Assembly: GCA_018268875.1 (NCBI GenBank) | Contig: JAFDVT010000643.1 | Coordinates: forward strand, 1 to 43,104 | Reading direction: 5' to 3' | Source of the DNA: Acidobacteriota bacterium | Lineage (GTDB): Bacteria; Acidobacteriota; Terriglobia; Bryobacterales; Bryobacteraceae | Length of the DNA stretch: 43,104 bases | Shown: piece after piece, positions 28,186-37,477 of the stretch | How positions within the stretch are numbered: the stretch's first letter is position 1 | Layout of the letters: every line of letters begins with the position of its first letter | The notes under the pieces: generated by a model | Databases searched by the model: none | What the model was told of the DNA's origin: nothing | The model's input: the letters and a program-made list of their open reading frames with translations, nothing else | Translations under genes and position numbers: made by a program

Positions 28186-29331
28186 TCATCGGCCCCATTC
28201 GCTTGAAGTCGTCAATCGGGCCAAGCCATTGAACGCGCGCCGCAGGTATAAGAGCGGTAACCAGCGAAGGGACGCGCCAGCGTATTTGCGCCGCATGTGT
28301 GCCGCCGGCGGCATTGCGAGTTGAAGAGCCCAGCGTAGACGGTCAGCCCAGCTATCCATCGCCGCGAGGTTGTCGGCAAGGAGGCGGAGACGGTTGCCGT
28401 TCAGGTACCGCGCGGAGGGCTCCGGCGATCCGTCAGGCTCGAGTGCAGATACGATTTGTTGCGGGATGATAGTGCCGAAGCGTTTGCTCGCTTCGCGTAA
28501 GGCGTGAAGGCAGATTGACTTCGCGCGCCTTTCCGCGGCTCGACCGCTGAATTCTTCGAGCGCGTCAGTAGACATGGCAGAGACGAGCAGGTGTACGTCG
28601 TACAGCCAGATGAGCCGGTCCCTTGCGTCGTGCTCGGCGCCGTCCAGATAGAGCGGCGCATACGCGTGACCAGCTCGGTGGATACAGGCAAAAAATAGCG
28701 CGTCGGCAGGTGCCGCCGCGCGCGCGTACGGGCCAAGCGCGGGAACGGGGACTGCGCGCGCCGCCAGCTCATCATACTCCAGCAGCCGGGCGAGTATCAG
28801 TGCGTTGTTCGTGCTCCAGTGCAGATCAATCAGGTGCGTAAGGCCTGTCGAGTTGGTGCTTTCCCACGCTGACTCGTGCTGGATATAATCGTCGTCTACG
28901 CCATCGAGGCATCGGTATCCAGCGAGGTCAAGCGCCGCGTTGGCGGCGCGCCGTTGGCGGGGGGCGACAAGAAGGTCGGTGTCGCTGCGCGTTCGCAGCA
29001 CCGGGCTGGGGTAAAACTGATATGCGAGCGCGCTACCCTTGAGGATAATGGGGGTGACACCGGCTGTGCCTAGCACGCCGAGGACTCTCATCACCTCAGC
29101 GCGCCGCGCCAGCTCGATTACAGCCTCTCTGCGAGCAGCGGACATGCAGGCGTCCCGGACTGCATTCGGCCACGCTTCGAACCCCTGCTGCCGCAGCGCG
29201 AACCCGAGAAGCGGTAGTACTCCGTGTAACAAGGCGAAGTCGACCAATCTACCGACGGCGTCGGGCCCGAGACTCCACGGACGCACCTCTCCGCGCAGCG
29301 CGGCGCATATGCATTCCTCGAAGTCATTCAT
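28186..29331 (-). CDS. Nucleotidyltransferase family protein (NTP_transf_5-like, lasso-cluster associated)
   Basis: HGVLPLL, ILKGSALA...YP...R..SDTDLLV, IDLHW and LIWLYD motifs; convergent with the precursor. Confidence 0.85.
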   Translation of the reverse strand: MNDFEECICAALRGEVRPWSLGPDAVGRLVDFALLHGVLPLLGFALRQQGFEAWPNAVRDACMSAARREAVIELARRAEVMRVLGVLGTAGVTPIILKGSALAYQFYPSPVLRTRSDTDLLVAPRQRRAANAALDLAGYRCLDGVDDDYIQHESAWESTNSTGLTHLIDLHWSTNNALILARLLEYDELAARAVPVPALGPYARAAAPADALFFACIHRAGHAYAPLYLDGAEHDARDRLIWLYDVHLLVSAMSTDALEEFSGRAAERRAKSICLHALREASKRFGTIIPQQIVSALEPDGSPEPSARYLNGNRLRLLADNLAAMDSWADRLRWALQLAMPPAAHMRRKYAGASLRWLPLLYLRRAFNGLARLTTSSEWGR

Positions 29332-29519
29332 CGAAGAATAATGCGAGCGTAAGGTTCCCTACGCTATGTGGGAGGCCAGCCAAACCCACACCAGTAGTGG
29401 AGGGACTATCCAGATCGTCGAGATTGGGGAGCCGACCGAACTCTAAAGCGTTTACGGCCTTGCGCCTCGTGGCGTTCGTCCGAAATCCATCATTTTTCTG
29501 ACTCCGTCCCTACGCTCCT

Positions 29520-30152
29520 GTGAGTGGTCTGGACATCTCCGGATACGGCTACACTCGGCCTGAGTGTGGCTGCCAGCACGATTACCTGCTGCCGGCAATA
29601 AACGCATTCCTCAAAGATCCTGCGCGCGGTCGGGTCTTCGACTTGGGTTGCGGTAACGGGTCGGTGGCAAACTGGCTGTCGCGGAAAGGCTATGATGTGT
29701 ACGGTGTCGACCCTTCGGTGACGGGTATCGCGACCGCCAACGAGGCTTTCCCCTCACTGAACCTAGAAGTTGGCTCGTGCTACGAACCACTGCATGAGCG
29801 GTTTGGCTGTTTCCCGCTCGTGGTCAGCCTCGAGGTGGTAGAGCATGTGTACGCACCACGCGAGTTCGCGCGCTGCGTGGCGTCGCTGCTGGAGCCGGGG
29901 GGGATCGCCTTGATATCGACGCCCTATCACGGTTATCTGAAGAATCTCGCGCTGGCGCTGACGGGCAAACTTGACGCTCACTTCACCGCGTTGTGGGATC
30001 ACGGACACATCAAGTTTTGGTCGCGAGCGACCATCACGACGCTGATTGAGGAGTCCGGCCTTCGGGTGAGGGAGATCCGTCGTGTTGGGCGGATCCCGGC
30101 CTTCGCGAAGAGCATGATCGTGGTGGCCGAGCGCCCAGGAGTGGATTCCTAG
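29520..30152 (+). CDS. Class I SAM-dependent methyltransferase (UbiG-like fold)
   Basis: VFDLGCGNG motif I, GVDPS, SLEVVEHV, LEPGG and ISTPYHGY. Confidence 0.88.
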   Translation: MSGLDISGYGYTRPECGCQHDYLLPAINAFLKDPARGRVFDLGCGNGSVANWLSRKGYDVYGVDPSVTGIATANEAFPSLNLEVGSCYEPLHERFGCFPLVVSLEVVEHVYAPREFARCVASLLEPGGIALISTPYHGYLKNLALALTGKLDAHFTALWDHGHIKFWSRATITTLIEESGLRVREIRRVGRIPAFAKSMIVVAERPGVDS

Positions 30153-30378
30153 ATGGTATCCCGCGAATCCGCCTGACCTCTGCTTGCCGGCGGCCGGTGC
30201 CCCAAGCCGCACGCCCTGCCACCCGCTAGCCCGAAATCGCGGCCACAGCTCTAAGAGCCTCGCAGTCCCCCGCCACCGTCTCCGCCCGCTGCGCGATCCG
30301 CGCGGCTGCGACGTTTCCCGGAACGCGCCCTAGAGCGCCAGAGCGGACGCGGGGCGCCCGGTAGAGTCCGATACTGCC

Positions 30379-31236
30379 TTGATCCACCGCATTCGACGCC
30401 AGTTCGACTACTTCCGCCAACACCCACTCACACAGGACCGGCCTACGGCAGCCCTGAGGCGTTTCGTTGCCTGGCAGCTGAAAAGCCGTCTGGTGAATCC
30501 CAGCGTCTTTCATTGGGTGCACGGCGCCAAACTGCTGGTCCGCCGGGGAATGACTGGTGCGACCGGCAACATTTATTGCGGTCTGCATGAGTGCGCAGAT
30601 ATGGCATTCTTGCTCCACTTCTTGCGGCAGGGCGATCTGTTCGGAGACATCGGCGCCAACGTGGGCAGTTACACGGTGCTGGCCAGTACGGTCTGCGGGG
30701 CGCGATCGGTGGCGGTGGAGCCCGACCCTGTTACCGTGAGCTTCCTACAGGCAAATGTGGCGCTGAACGGTATTGGCTCGATGGTGCGCGTAGCGCAGAC
30801 GGCCGTCGGCGACACCGAAGGCACAGTCCGCTTCACAGTTGGGCTGGACACGATGAACAAGATCGACGTAACAGCGACCGAAGGCACCTTCCAGATGCTG
30901 CCCCTGACGACCATGGACGTGCTCTTCGCCAACTCAGCACCCGTAATGCTGAAGGTGGACGTTGAAGGATACGAGGACGCAGTGTTTCGCGGTGCCGAGC
31001 GCGTGCTGGCCAGCCCCAGGTTGCTGTGCGTCCAGTCCGAAGGACGGGGGGCTGAGGTGACAGAGCAACTTGCCGAGCACGGATTCGAGGAATGGCACTA
31101 CAATCCGTTCACGAGGCAGCTGACGGAGCAGCCCGAGGTACCGCACGGCAATGGGCTGTTTCTTCGTAACGTCTCGGAGGTTCGCCAACGCTTGCAGCAG
31201 GCGCCGCGGATTCGCGTGCTGCATCACACGTTGTGA
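30379..31236 (+). CDS. FkbM-family methyltransferase
   Basis: DIGANVGSYT, VEPDP, AVGD and LKVDVEGYE motifs. Confidence 0.9.
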   Translation: MIHRIRRQFDYFRQHPLTQDRPTAALRRFVAWQLKSRLVNPSVFHWVHGAKLLVRRGMTGATGNIYCGLHECADMAFLLHFLRQGDLFGDIGANVGSYTVLASTVCGARSVAVEPDPVTVSFLQANVALNGIGSMVRVAQTAVGDTEGTVRFTVGLDTMNKIDVTATEGTFQMLPLTTMDVLFANSAPVMLKVDVEGYEDAVFRGAERVLASPRLLCVQSEGRGAEVTEQLAEHGFEEWHYNPFTRQLTEQPEVPHGNGLFLRNVSEVRQRLQQAPRIRVLHHTL

Positions 31237-31404
31237 AGCGAAACACCGCTTGCATTGTGGCCTTCAGAGGTCATAAGGGGAATGTGCATGCCTTCGGGAT
31301 GTCAGGTCGACCCCGGATCCAACAGGCCCGCGGACTGTAGCGGTTACATCGGTTGAGCGGTCTTCCCCTTCTAAACCAGTTGCGGCGCCGCTTCGAGAAG
31401 GTTC

Positions 31405-32442
31405 ATGCCATCGAGAGACAAGCCGATGACCGCTTCCAAGCGGATTGCCCTGGTTGACCAGGTCCGAGGACTCGCGGCGCTTAGCGTCGCGTGGTTCCAC
31501 GCGACTAACGGCTATCGCGACACCGTGTCGCGGCTCGGATCGTATGGCTGGCTTGGAGTCGAGGCGTTCTTCGTGATATCAGGGTTCGTCATACCGCTTG
31601 CACTTGACGGTTATCCTCAGGGAAATCGCTGGCGGGATAGTCTCGACTTCATCGCACGCCGGCTGGTTCGGCTCGAGCCGGCCTACGTAGCTAGCATCGC
31701 CATGGTGATCGCGCTCAACGTGCTCGCGTCACAATTTCCGGCGTTTCGCGGCGGAGACCTTCACTACAGCGTGCCGCAACTGCTCGTACACCTGTTCTAC
31801 CTTGTGCCCCTAACACGGTACGAATGGGTACAAGTCGTCTACTGGACGCTCGCCTACGAATTCGCCTTCTACGTCGCCATGGCGCTGCTGTTCCCGCTCT
31901 CCTTGCGGGAGAAGAAGTGGGCTACCCGGCTCTGCATGCTGGCCACACTCTCGCTCGTGGCGCTCGGTCGCATTTCGCACTTGGTCGCGCTCTTCGTCAT
32001 GGGGCTTGCTGCCTTTACGGCCGCGACCGAACGTGACAGCAGATGGGCGAGCCGTGTTGCGATAGTCGCGGCTGCGGTCGCGATGCTTTACCGCGGGGCG
32101 CATGCGGAGGCTCTGGTCGGGATCGTTACCGCGGTGGCTCTCGCCGAGCATCGACGGATCGGCTCCCTGCGGGGGCGCGCTGGGGCTGCACTGCTCTGGT
32201 TGGGATCAGTTTCCTACTCGCTTTACCTCGTGCACGTGCCGGTGGGAGGCAAGATCGTCAATCTTGGCCGGCGCTTCGTGCGCGGCGAAGCCGGCGAATT
32301 CGCCCTTTCCCTCGTAGCTCTCACCGTGTGTGTGGTGGTCGCGTGGACATTCGCCGCGGTGTTCGAGCGGCCAATCGTAAATCTCGCACGTCGCATCCGC
32401 GTGAGCGCCCTGCCTCAAGCGCCTGTGCTGGACCGGGCGTGA
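31405..32442 (+). CDS. Acyltransferase-3 (OafA/YrhL-like) membrane O-acyltransferase
   Basis: DQVRGLAALSVAWFH, GVEAFFVISGFVI, RRLVRL, WTLAYEFAFY, LGSVSYSLYLVH and FERP motifs; true start may be ATG 31426. Confidence 0.9.
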   Translation: MPSRDKPMTASKRIALVDQVRGLAALSVAWFHATNGYRDTVSRLGSYGWLGVEAFFVISGFVIPLALDGYPQGNRWRDSLDFIARRLVRLEPAYVASIAMVIALNVLASQFPAFRGGDLHYSVPQLLVHLFYLVPLTRYEWVQVVYWTLAYEFAFYVAMALLFPLSLREKKWATRLCMLATLSLVALGRISHLVALFVMGLAAFTAATERDSRWASRVAIVAAAVAMLYRGAHAEALVGIVTAVALAEHRRIGSLRGRAGAALLWLGSVSYSLYLVHVPVGGKIVNLGRRFVRGEAGEFALSLVALTVCVVVAWTFAAVFERPIVNLARRIRVSALPQAPVLDRA

Positions 32443-32740
32443 TGACGCCGACGTGACGAGCTTCTGGCGAGGCGTCTGCCGACGGACGCGCCCTCCGTCT
32501 CATCGACCGAAGGTGCATCTTCCTATCGGCATTTAGGCCAATCCGTCGACTTTCGCGCAGATGCCCGATTGTTCGTGCTCGGACTGATCTTGCGACCGCG
32601 TCCGAAAGCCGCATTATAGGAGGAGCTCGTACTAGTCGATAATACTCTTGGCTCTCCGTTGTAGTCTCAGCCCGATTCCAGTACACTCGCTCGTACCTGT
32701 TCCGCTCGCCGGCGGAGCCTGACTAGCAACACAAAGGCTT

Positions 32741-33355
32741 ATGCGAAAAGTCCTCCCGAGCTTCCGAGCCATCGCTGTCCTGACAACGGTACTTTCGATA
32801 CTCGCCGTTGTTTCCACTCCCGCCGCCGCACAAAGCCGCGACAAGGACAAGGACAAAGACAAGCCAAAGCACCACGATCGCTCCAATCCCAAGCCGCCGA
32901 AGGACGACAAGGACAAGAACGACAGGAGCGACAACGTCTCGTCGCTTAACGGCGCAGCGATCGTCAATCTCACCGCTGCCAGCCAGCAGGTGACGACCGC
33001 CCTTCGGAGCGGATCGGTCACCTCGATGAGCGGTGGCAACATCCCAGTCGCGTCACAGCAAACGGTGTTGGCAGCGCTTACCGCGGGCGAACAGGCGCAG
33101 CAGGAGCAACTCGTCGCCGCGCTTACGTCAAACGGAAATGAACACGCCAAGAAAGAAGCCAAGCGGCTGGTGGCGCGGTTGCATGGGCTCTCGCGCGACG
33201 GTGCTCGTTTACCCGATGCCATCAAGGTTTTCAACGAGCTGATAGACGCGAGCTCGACGGAGTTCCTCAGCAACCCGCCGGCCGAGTTGCTTGCGATTCA
33301 GTCCACCCTCGCTCGGATGGTGCAGCCCCTCTACGCAACGAGTGGCGAGCGCTGA
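32741..33355 (+). CDS. Secreted hypothetical protein with a Lys/Asp-rich low-complexity N-terminus
   Basis: Signal peptide ending PAAA-Q; DKDKDKDK tract; helical C-terminus FNELIDASSTEFLSNPPAELLAI. Confidence 0.7.
   Translation: MRKVLPSFRAIAVLTTVLSILAVVSTPAAAQSRDKDKDKDKPKHHDRSNPKPPKDDKDKNDRSDNVSSLNGAAIVNLTAASQQVTTALRSGSVTSMSGGNIPVASQQTVLAALTAGEQAQQEQLVAALTSNGNEHAKKEAKRLVARLHGLSRDGARLPDAIKVFNELIDASSTEFLSNPPAELLAIQSTLARMVQPLYATSGER
32840..32863 (+). repeat. (GACAAR)x4 in-frame hexamer repeat encoding DKDKDKDK
   Basis: gacaag gacaag gacaaa gacaag read directly. Confidence 0.8.
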
Positions 33356-33371
33356 TATCCTGCGGCCGGCC

Positions 33372-34205
33372 ATGAGGCAGTTCGCGCTCATGGCCGGCCG
33401 TATTGCGTCTGTGATCGTCGTGGTGCTGCTAATGGCCAACCCGGCGCACGGGCAGCAAGCCCCGGATTCGCTCCGGCAGAAGTTCAAACTCCCGGTGCCC
33501 CGCCTCAGCGACGCGTTACTCGCACCGCGCTCCGCGCCCGCCATGGGCGCCTCATCTCCGAGCGCTTTTGGCGGTGTCCTTGGCGACATCTGGGGAGGAG
33601 CGACGTGGACCAACCGCCCTCGTTTCGCGACCGGACAGGACGGTGTGGCCTCCGGCGGTTTTGCGTTGGGCGATCCGTATCGCTTCCTCGGCCTCGACGT
33701 GGACATCATTTCGTTCACCACGGTGCGAGAGCGGTTTCTGCTGCGCGGAGCTGTGGATTTCGAGATCAGCCGTTACCTCGGCCGCGGATTCGCGATCGCG
33801 GCGGGTTATGAGAGCGCTATACACTGGGGCTTCCAGGACACGGGGCCCAGCCGGTATGGCACCGTCAGTAAGTGGCTCGTCCTGAACCGGGATGATTCGG
33901 CTCCGTTCAGCGCAATTCTCTTCACAGTCGGCGCCGGCAATGGGCGATTCCTCAGCGAGGCAGACGAGAACGCGGGGAAAAAGAAGATCAACCCATTCGG
34001 CTCCATTGGAATCCGCCTCGCGGGGCCGCTCTCGATCGTCGGAGACTGGACCGGACAAGATCTTTACGTCGGTGGCTCGCTCGCGCCCTTCAAGCGCCAT
34101 CAGCTCGTCCTCTCGGCCGGCGCCACCGACTTGACCCACAGCGCAGGCGACGGCACGCGATTCGTCGTGAGCGGCGGGTTTTCCCTCAACTTCCTCGGGC
34201 GCTGA
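33372..34205 (+). CDS. Secreted protein, probable outer-membrane beta-barrel
   Basis: Signal peptide ending AHG-Q; Gly/aromatic-rich alternating strands; C-terminal VVSGGFSLNF; start placed at ATG 33372, after the upstream stop. Confidence 0.65.
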   Translation: MRQFALMAGRIASVIVVVLLMANPAHGQQAPDSLRQKFKLPVPRLSDALLAPRSAPAMGASSPSAFGGVLGDIWGGATWTNRPRFATGQDGVASGGFALGDPYRFLGLDVDIISFTTVRERFLLRGAVDFEISRYLGRGFAIAAGYESAIHWGFQDTGPSRYGTVSKWLVLNRDDSAPFSAILFTVGAGNGRFLSEADENAGKKKINPFGSIGIRLAGPLSIVGDWTGQDLYVGGSLAPFKRHQLVLSAGATDLTHSAGDGTRFVVSGGFSLNFLGR

Positions 34206-34297
34206 TTCGGGTCAGCCCTCTACGGGCATACCGACGCCTCTATCATCCTGCGCCCACGCGATGCGCGCGCGAACAAGCGGGTAACTGCTCCCGCTCG

Positions 34298-37200
34298 TTA
34301 GTCCCCCTGTCCCTGCGGCAACGGCGCCGGCGCCACATGCGCCCCCGCCCCCGTCGCGCGCTTCAAACGCCCCAACAAAGTCGACCGCCAGTGCTCCATG
34401 ATCTCATACACGGTCGGAATCACAACGAGCGTAAGGATCGTGGACGCGATCACGCCACCAATCACCGCCCGCCCTAACGGCGCACGGAAGTCTGCCCCTT
34501 CGCCGATGCCTAACGCGACCGGAAGCATGCCGGCGATGAGCGCCAGCGTCGTCATCATGATGGGTCTTAGGCGAATACGCCCAGCCTGAATGAGCGCATC
34601 ACGCACGCTCAATCCGCCATCGCGGTGCGCCCACTTCGCGAAGTCGATGAGGAGAATCGCGTTCTTCGCCACGATTCCCATTAGCATCATCACACCGATC
34701 AACGACATGATGTTCAACGTGCCACGCGTGATGAGGAGGGCGACGACCACGCCGATGAGCGACAGTGGGAGTGAAACGAGAATGACCAGCGGTTCCAGAA
34801 AGGAGCCGAACTGCACGACGAGGATGAGATACATCAGCATCACGGCGATGCCTAACGCGGTGATCATGGAGCTGAACATCTGGTTCTGGCTCTCGGCCTG
34901 TCCACCGACGTCGATGCGGTAGCCTGGCGCGAGCGGGATGGCGTTGATTCGGCGATTCAAGTCCTGCATGACATTCCCCATCGATGCGCCCACGACGTTG
35001 GCGCCGACCGTGACTACGCGCCTGCGCTGATAGTGGTCGATGCGCGCTGGCGCGCTTCCGGTGGTGATGGTCGCGACCTGCGAGAGTGGGATGTATGGGG
35101 TAACACTCGTGCCGCTCGCCGCGGCAGCAGCCGCCCGCGGTCCAGAAACCATGATGGGAAGCTGCGCGAGGTCGGCGGCGTGCGCGCGCGACTCTGGCGC
35201 CAGTCGCACCTTCACGTATCGCGAGATACCACTCGGGTCGACCCACGTGCCGGCGTCGACGCCGGCAAATGCAAAGCGTAGCGACTGCGCAAGCTGTCCG
35301 ACGCTCACGCCTAACGACGAGGCAAGCGAGCGATTCACGCGAATCCCAAGCTCCGGAGTCTGCCCGCGCGTCGAGAGGCCGACGTCCACAGCACCCGGCG
35401 TGGCGCGGGCCGAGTCGGCGACTTGGGCGGCCAGCACCGCGAGGGCGCGTGCGTCCGGGCCCTGTACCTGCAATTGCAGCTGCTTCTGGTTTCCGGCCAG
35501 CGACCCGGCATCGTACGTGTAGGCCACAGCGCCGGTGACGTGGGAAATCTCCTGACGGATGACCTGGCCAAAGTGCATCTGCGAGATCTTGCGCTGCTTC
35601 TTCGGCACCAGGCGCACGTAGATCGTCGCCTCGTCGACCGCCCCTGACCCCGTTGCACTCCCGACCGTCGTGTACGTGTAAGCGACTTCCTTGTGCGCGC
35701 GAATCGTCCGCGAGATCTCTTCGGCTTTGAGACGTGTGAAATCGAGCGAGGAGCCCGGCGGCGTCTCGATGCTGACATTCAGCTCGCTGTTGTCGGCAAT
35801 TGGGGCAAAGCCGAAACCACCGAAGGTGACCTGCAGGCCTAACGCGAGGACGAGTGACGTCGCCGCAATGCCGATCATCCACCACCGATGGTCCAGCGCC
35901 CACGCAATGATGCGCTCGTAGCGCTCGGCCTGTTTGTCGAACCACTTGTTGAAGCGGTCGAGTGCGCGCGCGATGGGATTGCGACGCTCGTGCGCCTCGA
36001 TCTGTGGGTCGGCCCAGTAGGCGGACAACATGGGGTCGAGCGAGAACGACACGAACAGCGAGACAAGGACGGCGCTCGCGATCGTCAGCGCGAATGGCTT
36101 GAAAAACTGGCCGGCGATACCCGGCATAAAGCCGACCGGGACGAAGACGGCCACAATGGAAAATGTCGTGGCGGCGACTGCGAGCCCGATTTCGTCGGTT
36201 CCCTCGTGCGACGCTCGCACATGGTCTTTACCCATCTCCACGTGCCTAACGATATTCTCGCGCACAACGATGGCATCGTCGATCAATATTCCGATCGCCA
36301 GGGAGAGTCCCATCAACGACATGATGTTCAGCGAAAACCCAAACAGCAGGAGCGGCGCAAAAGCGGTGAGCACCGAGACTGGCAGCGCTAACCCCGTTAT
36401 GACCGTCGAGCGCCACGAATTCAGGAAAAGAAAGACGACGAGAACCGTGAGAAGGGCTCCTTCGAACAACGTCTCCTTCACGTTGGTGACGGAACGGCGC
36501 ACGCGAGAACCGCCATCGCGTACGAACTCCAGCGTCACCCCGGTCGGAAGCGTGGGTTGGATCTGGGCGATGCGCGCTCTGACCACGTCTGCGACGCCGG
36601 TCGTGCTGTACTCGCGCGATTTGACGACGTCGAGGCCGATCGCGGGGACGCCGTTAAACGATGCCGCTGAATTCGGCTCCGCAGCTCCAGCCTCCACGTC
36701 CGCAACCTGACCAAGCCTAACGAGAGATCCGTTGCGTGACGCAACGACGATGTCGTTGAACTGCGCAGGATCGTCGAGACGCCCTTCAAGCCTAATTACA
36801 CGCTGCTCCAGCGGCGCGTTCACTCGCCCGACGGGAGCCGCAAGATTTTGCGTGCGCACTGCAGCCACGACCTGATCGATCCCAACGCCGGAGCTGGCGA
36901 GGGCCGACGGGCGCACATTTATGTTCAGCTGCGCCGAATCGCCGCCCACCATGTTGACCTGCGCCACGCCGGGGATGGAGCGCAGCTCACCACCAATGGT
37001 CTGATCGGCGAGCTGTGTGAGCTGCGGCGTCGTCAGCGTCTTCGAGGTGAGCGCAAGTGACACGATTGGGAGCTGCGTCGGATCGAAGCGCCCGAGTGTG
37101 GGCTCGAGAATTTCCTGCGGAAGCTGCGGGCGCACCGCGGTCATCGCGTCGCGCACATCCTGCATCGCCTGATCGACATCGCGCGAGAAGACAAATTGAA

Positions 37201-37477
37201 TGACGATCTGACCGAATCCGTCGGTTGACGTCGAATTGATTTTGTCTACGCCGCTCAGCGCCGAGATCTTGTCCTCGACCCGCGTAATGACCTCACGTTC
37301 GACGACGTCGGGTGAGGCGCCGGGATACGCGATGCCGATGAAGACGACGGGCGGATTGATCTCCGGAAACTCGTCGGTGCCGAGCCTGAACAGCGAAGCG
37401 AGTCCGAAGACTACGAGCGCGATCATCGACACGATGGTGACGATCGGGCGCTTAATCGCAAAATCGGAGATCAGCAC
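34298..37477 (-). CDS. RND efflux transporter permease subunit (AcrB/AcrD/AcrF family)
   Basis: 1059 aa; AIKRP, YPGASP, GILIDDAIVVRENI, KNAILLID and RLRPIMMT motifs. Confidence 0.95.
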   Translation of the reverse strand: MLISDFAIKRPIVTIVSMIALVVFGLASLFRLGTDEFPEINPPVVFIGIAYPGASPDVVEREVITRVEDKISALSGVDKINSTSTDGFGQIVIQFVFSRDVDQAMQDVRDAMTAVRPQLPQEILEPTLGRFDPTQLPIVSLALTSKTLTTPQLTQLADQTIGGELRSIPGVAQVNMVGGDSAQLNINVRPSALASSGVGIDQVVAAVRTQNLAAPVGRVNAPLEQRVIRLEGRLDDPAQFNDIVVASRNGSLVRLGQVADVEAGAAEPNSAASFNGVPAIGLDVVKSREYSTTGVADVVRARIAQIQPTLPTGVTLEFVRDGGSRVRRSVTNVKETLFEGALLTVLVVFLFLNSWRSTVITGLALPVSVLTAFAPLLLFGFSLNIMSLMGLSLAIGILIDDAIVVRENIVRHVEMGKDHVRASHEGTDEIGLAVAATTFSIVAVFVPVGFMPGIAGQFFKPFALTIASAVLVSLFVSFSLDPMLSAYWADPQIEAHERRNPIARALDRFNKWFDKQAERYERIIAWALDHRWWMIGIAATSLVLALGLQVTFGGFGFAPIADNSELNVSIETPPGSSLDFTRLKAEEISRTIRAHKEVAYTYTTVGSATGSGAVDEATIYVRLVPKKQRKISQMHFGQVIRQEISHVTGAVAYTYDAGSLAGNQKQLQLQVQGPDARALAVLAAQVADSARATPGAVDVGLSTRGQTPELGIRVNRSLASSLGVSVGQLAQSLRFAFAGVDAGTWVDPSGISRYVKVRLAPESRAHAADLAQLPIMVSGPRAAAAAASGTSVTPYIPLSQVATITTGSAPARIDHYQRRRVVTVGANVVGASMGNVMQDLNRRINAIPLAPGYRIDVGGQAESQNQMFSSMITALGIAVMLMYLILVVQFGSFLEPLVILVSLPLSLIGVVVALLITRGTLNIMSLIGVMMLMGIVAKNAILLIDFAKWAHRDGGLSVRDALIQAGRIRLRPIMMTTLALIAGMLPVALGIGEGADFRAPLGRAVIGGVIASTILTLVVIPTVYEIMEHWRSTLLGRLKRATGAGAHVAPAPLPQGQGD

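Noticed and set aside
29520-30152. Call as ubiquinone methyltransferase ubiG
   Set aside because: The fold is similar, but the protein is short, lacks the UbiG N-terminal region and lies in a glycan/RiPP context; gene symbol withheld
34599-35945. 448-aa alternative-frame ORF inside the RND gene, and similar long shadow ORFs (e.g. 7268-8185, 12811-13869, 9372-10268)
   Set aside because: Arg/Ala/Pro-rich, lacking motifs and overlapping well-supported genes; expected in high-GC DNA
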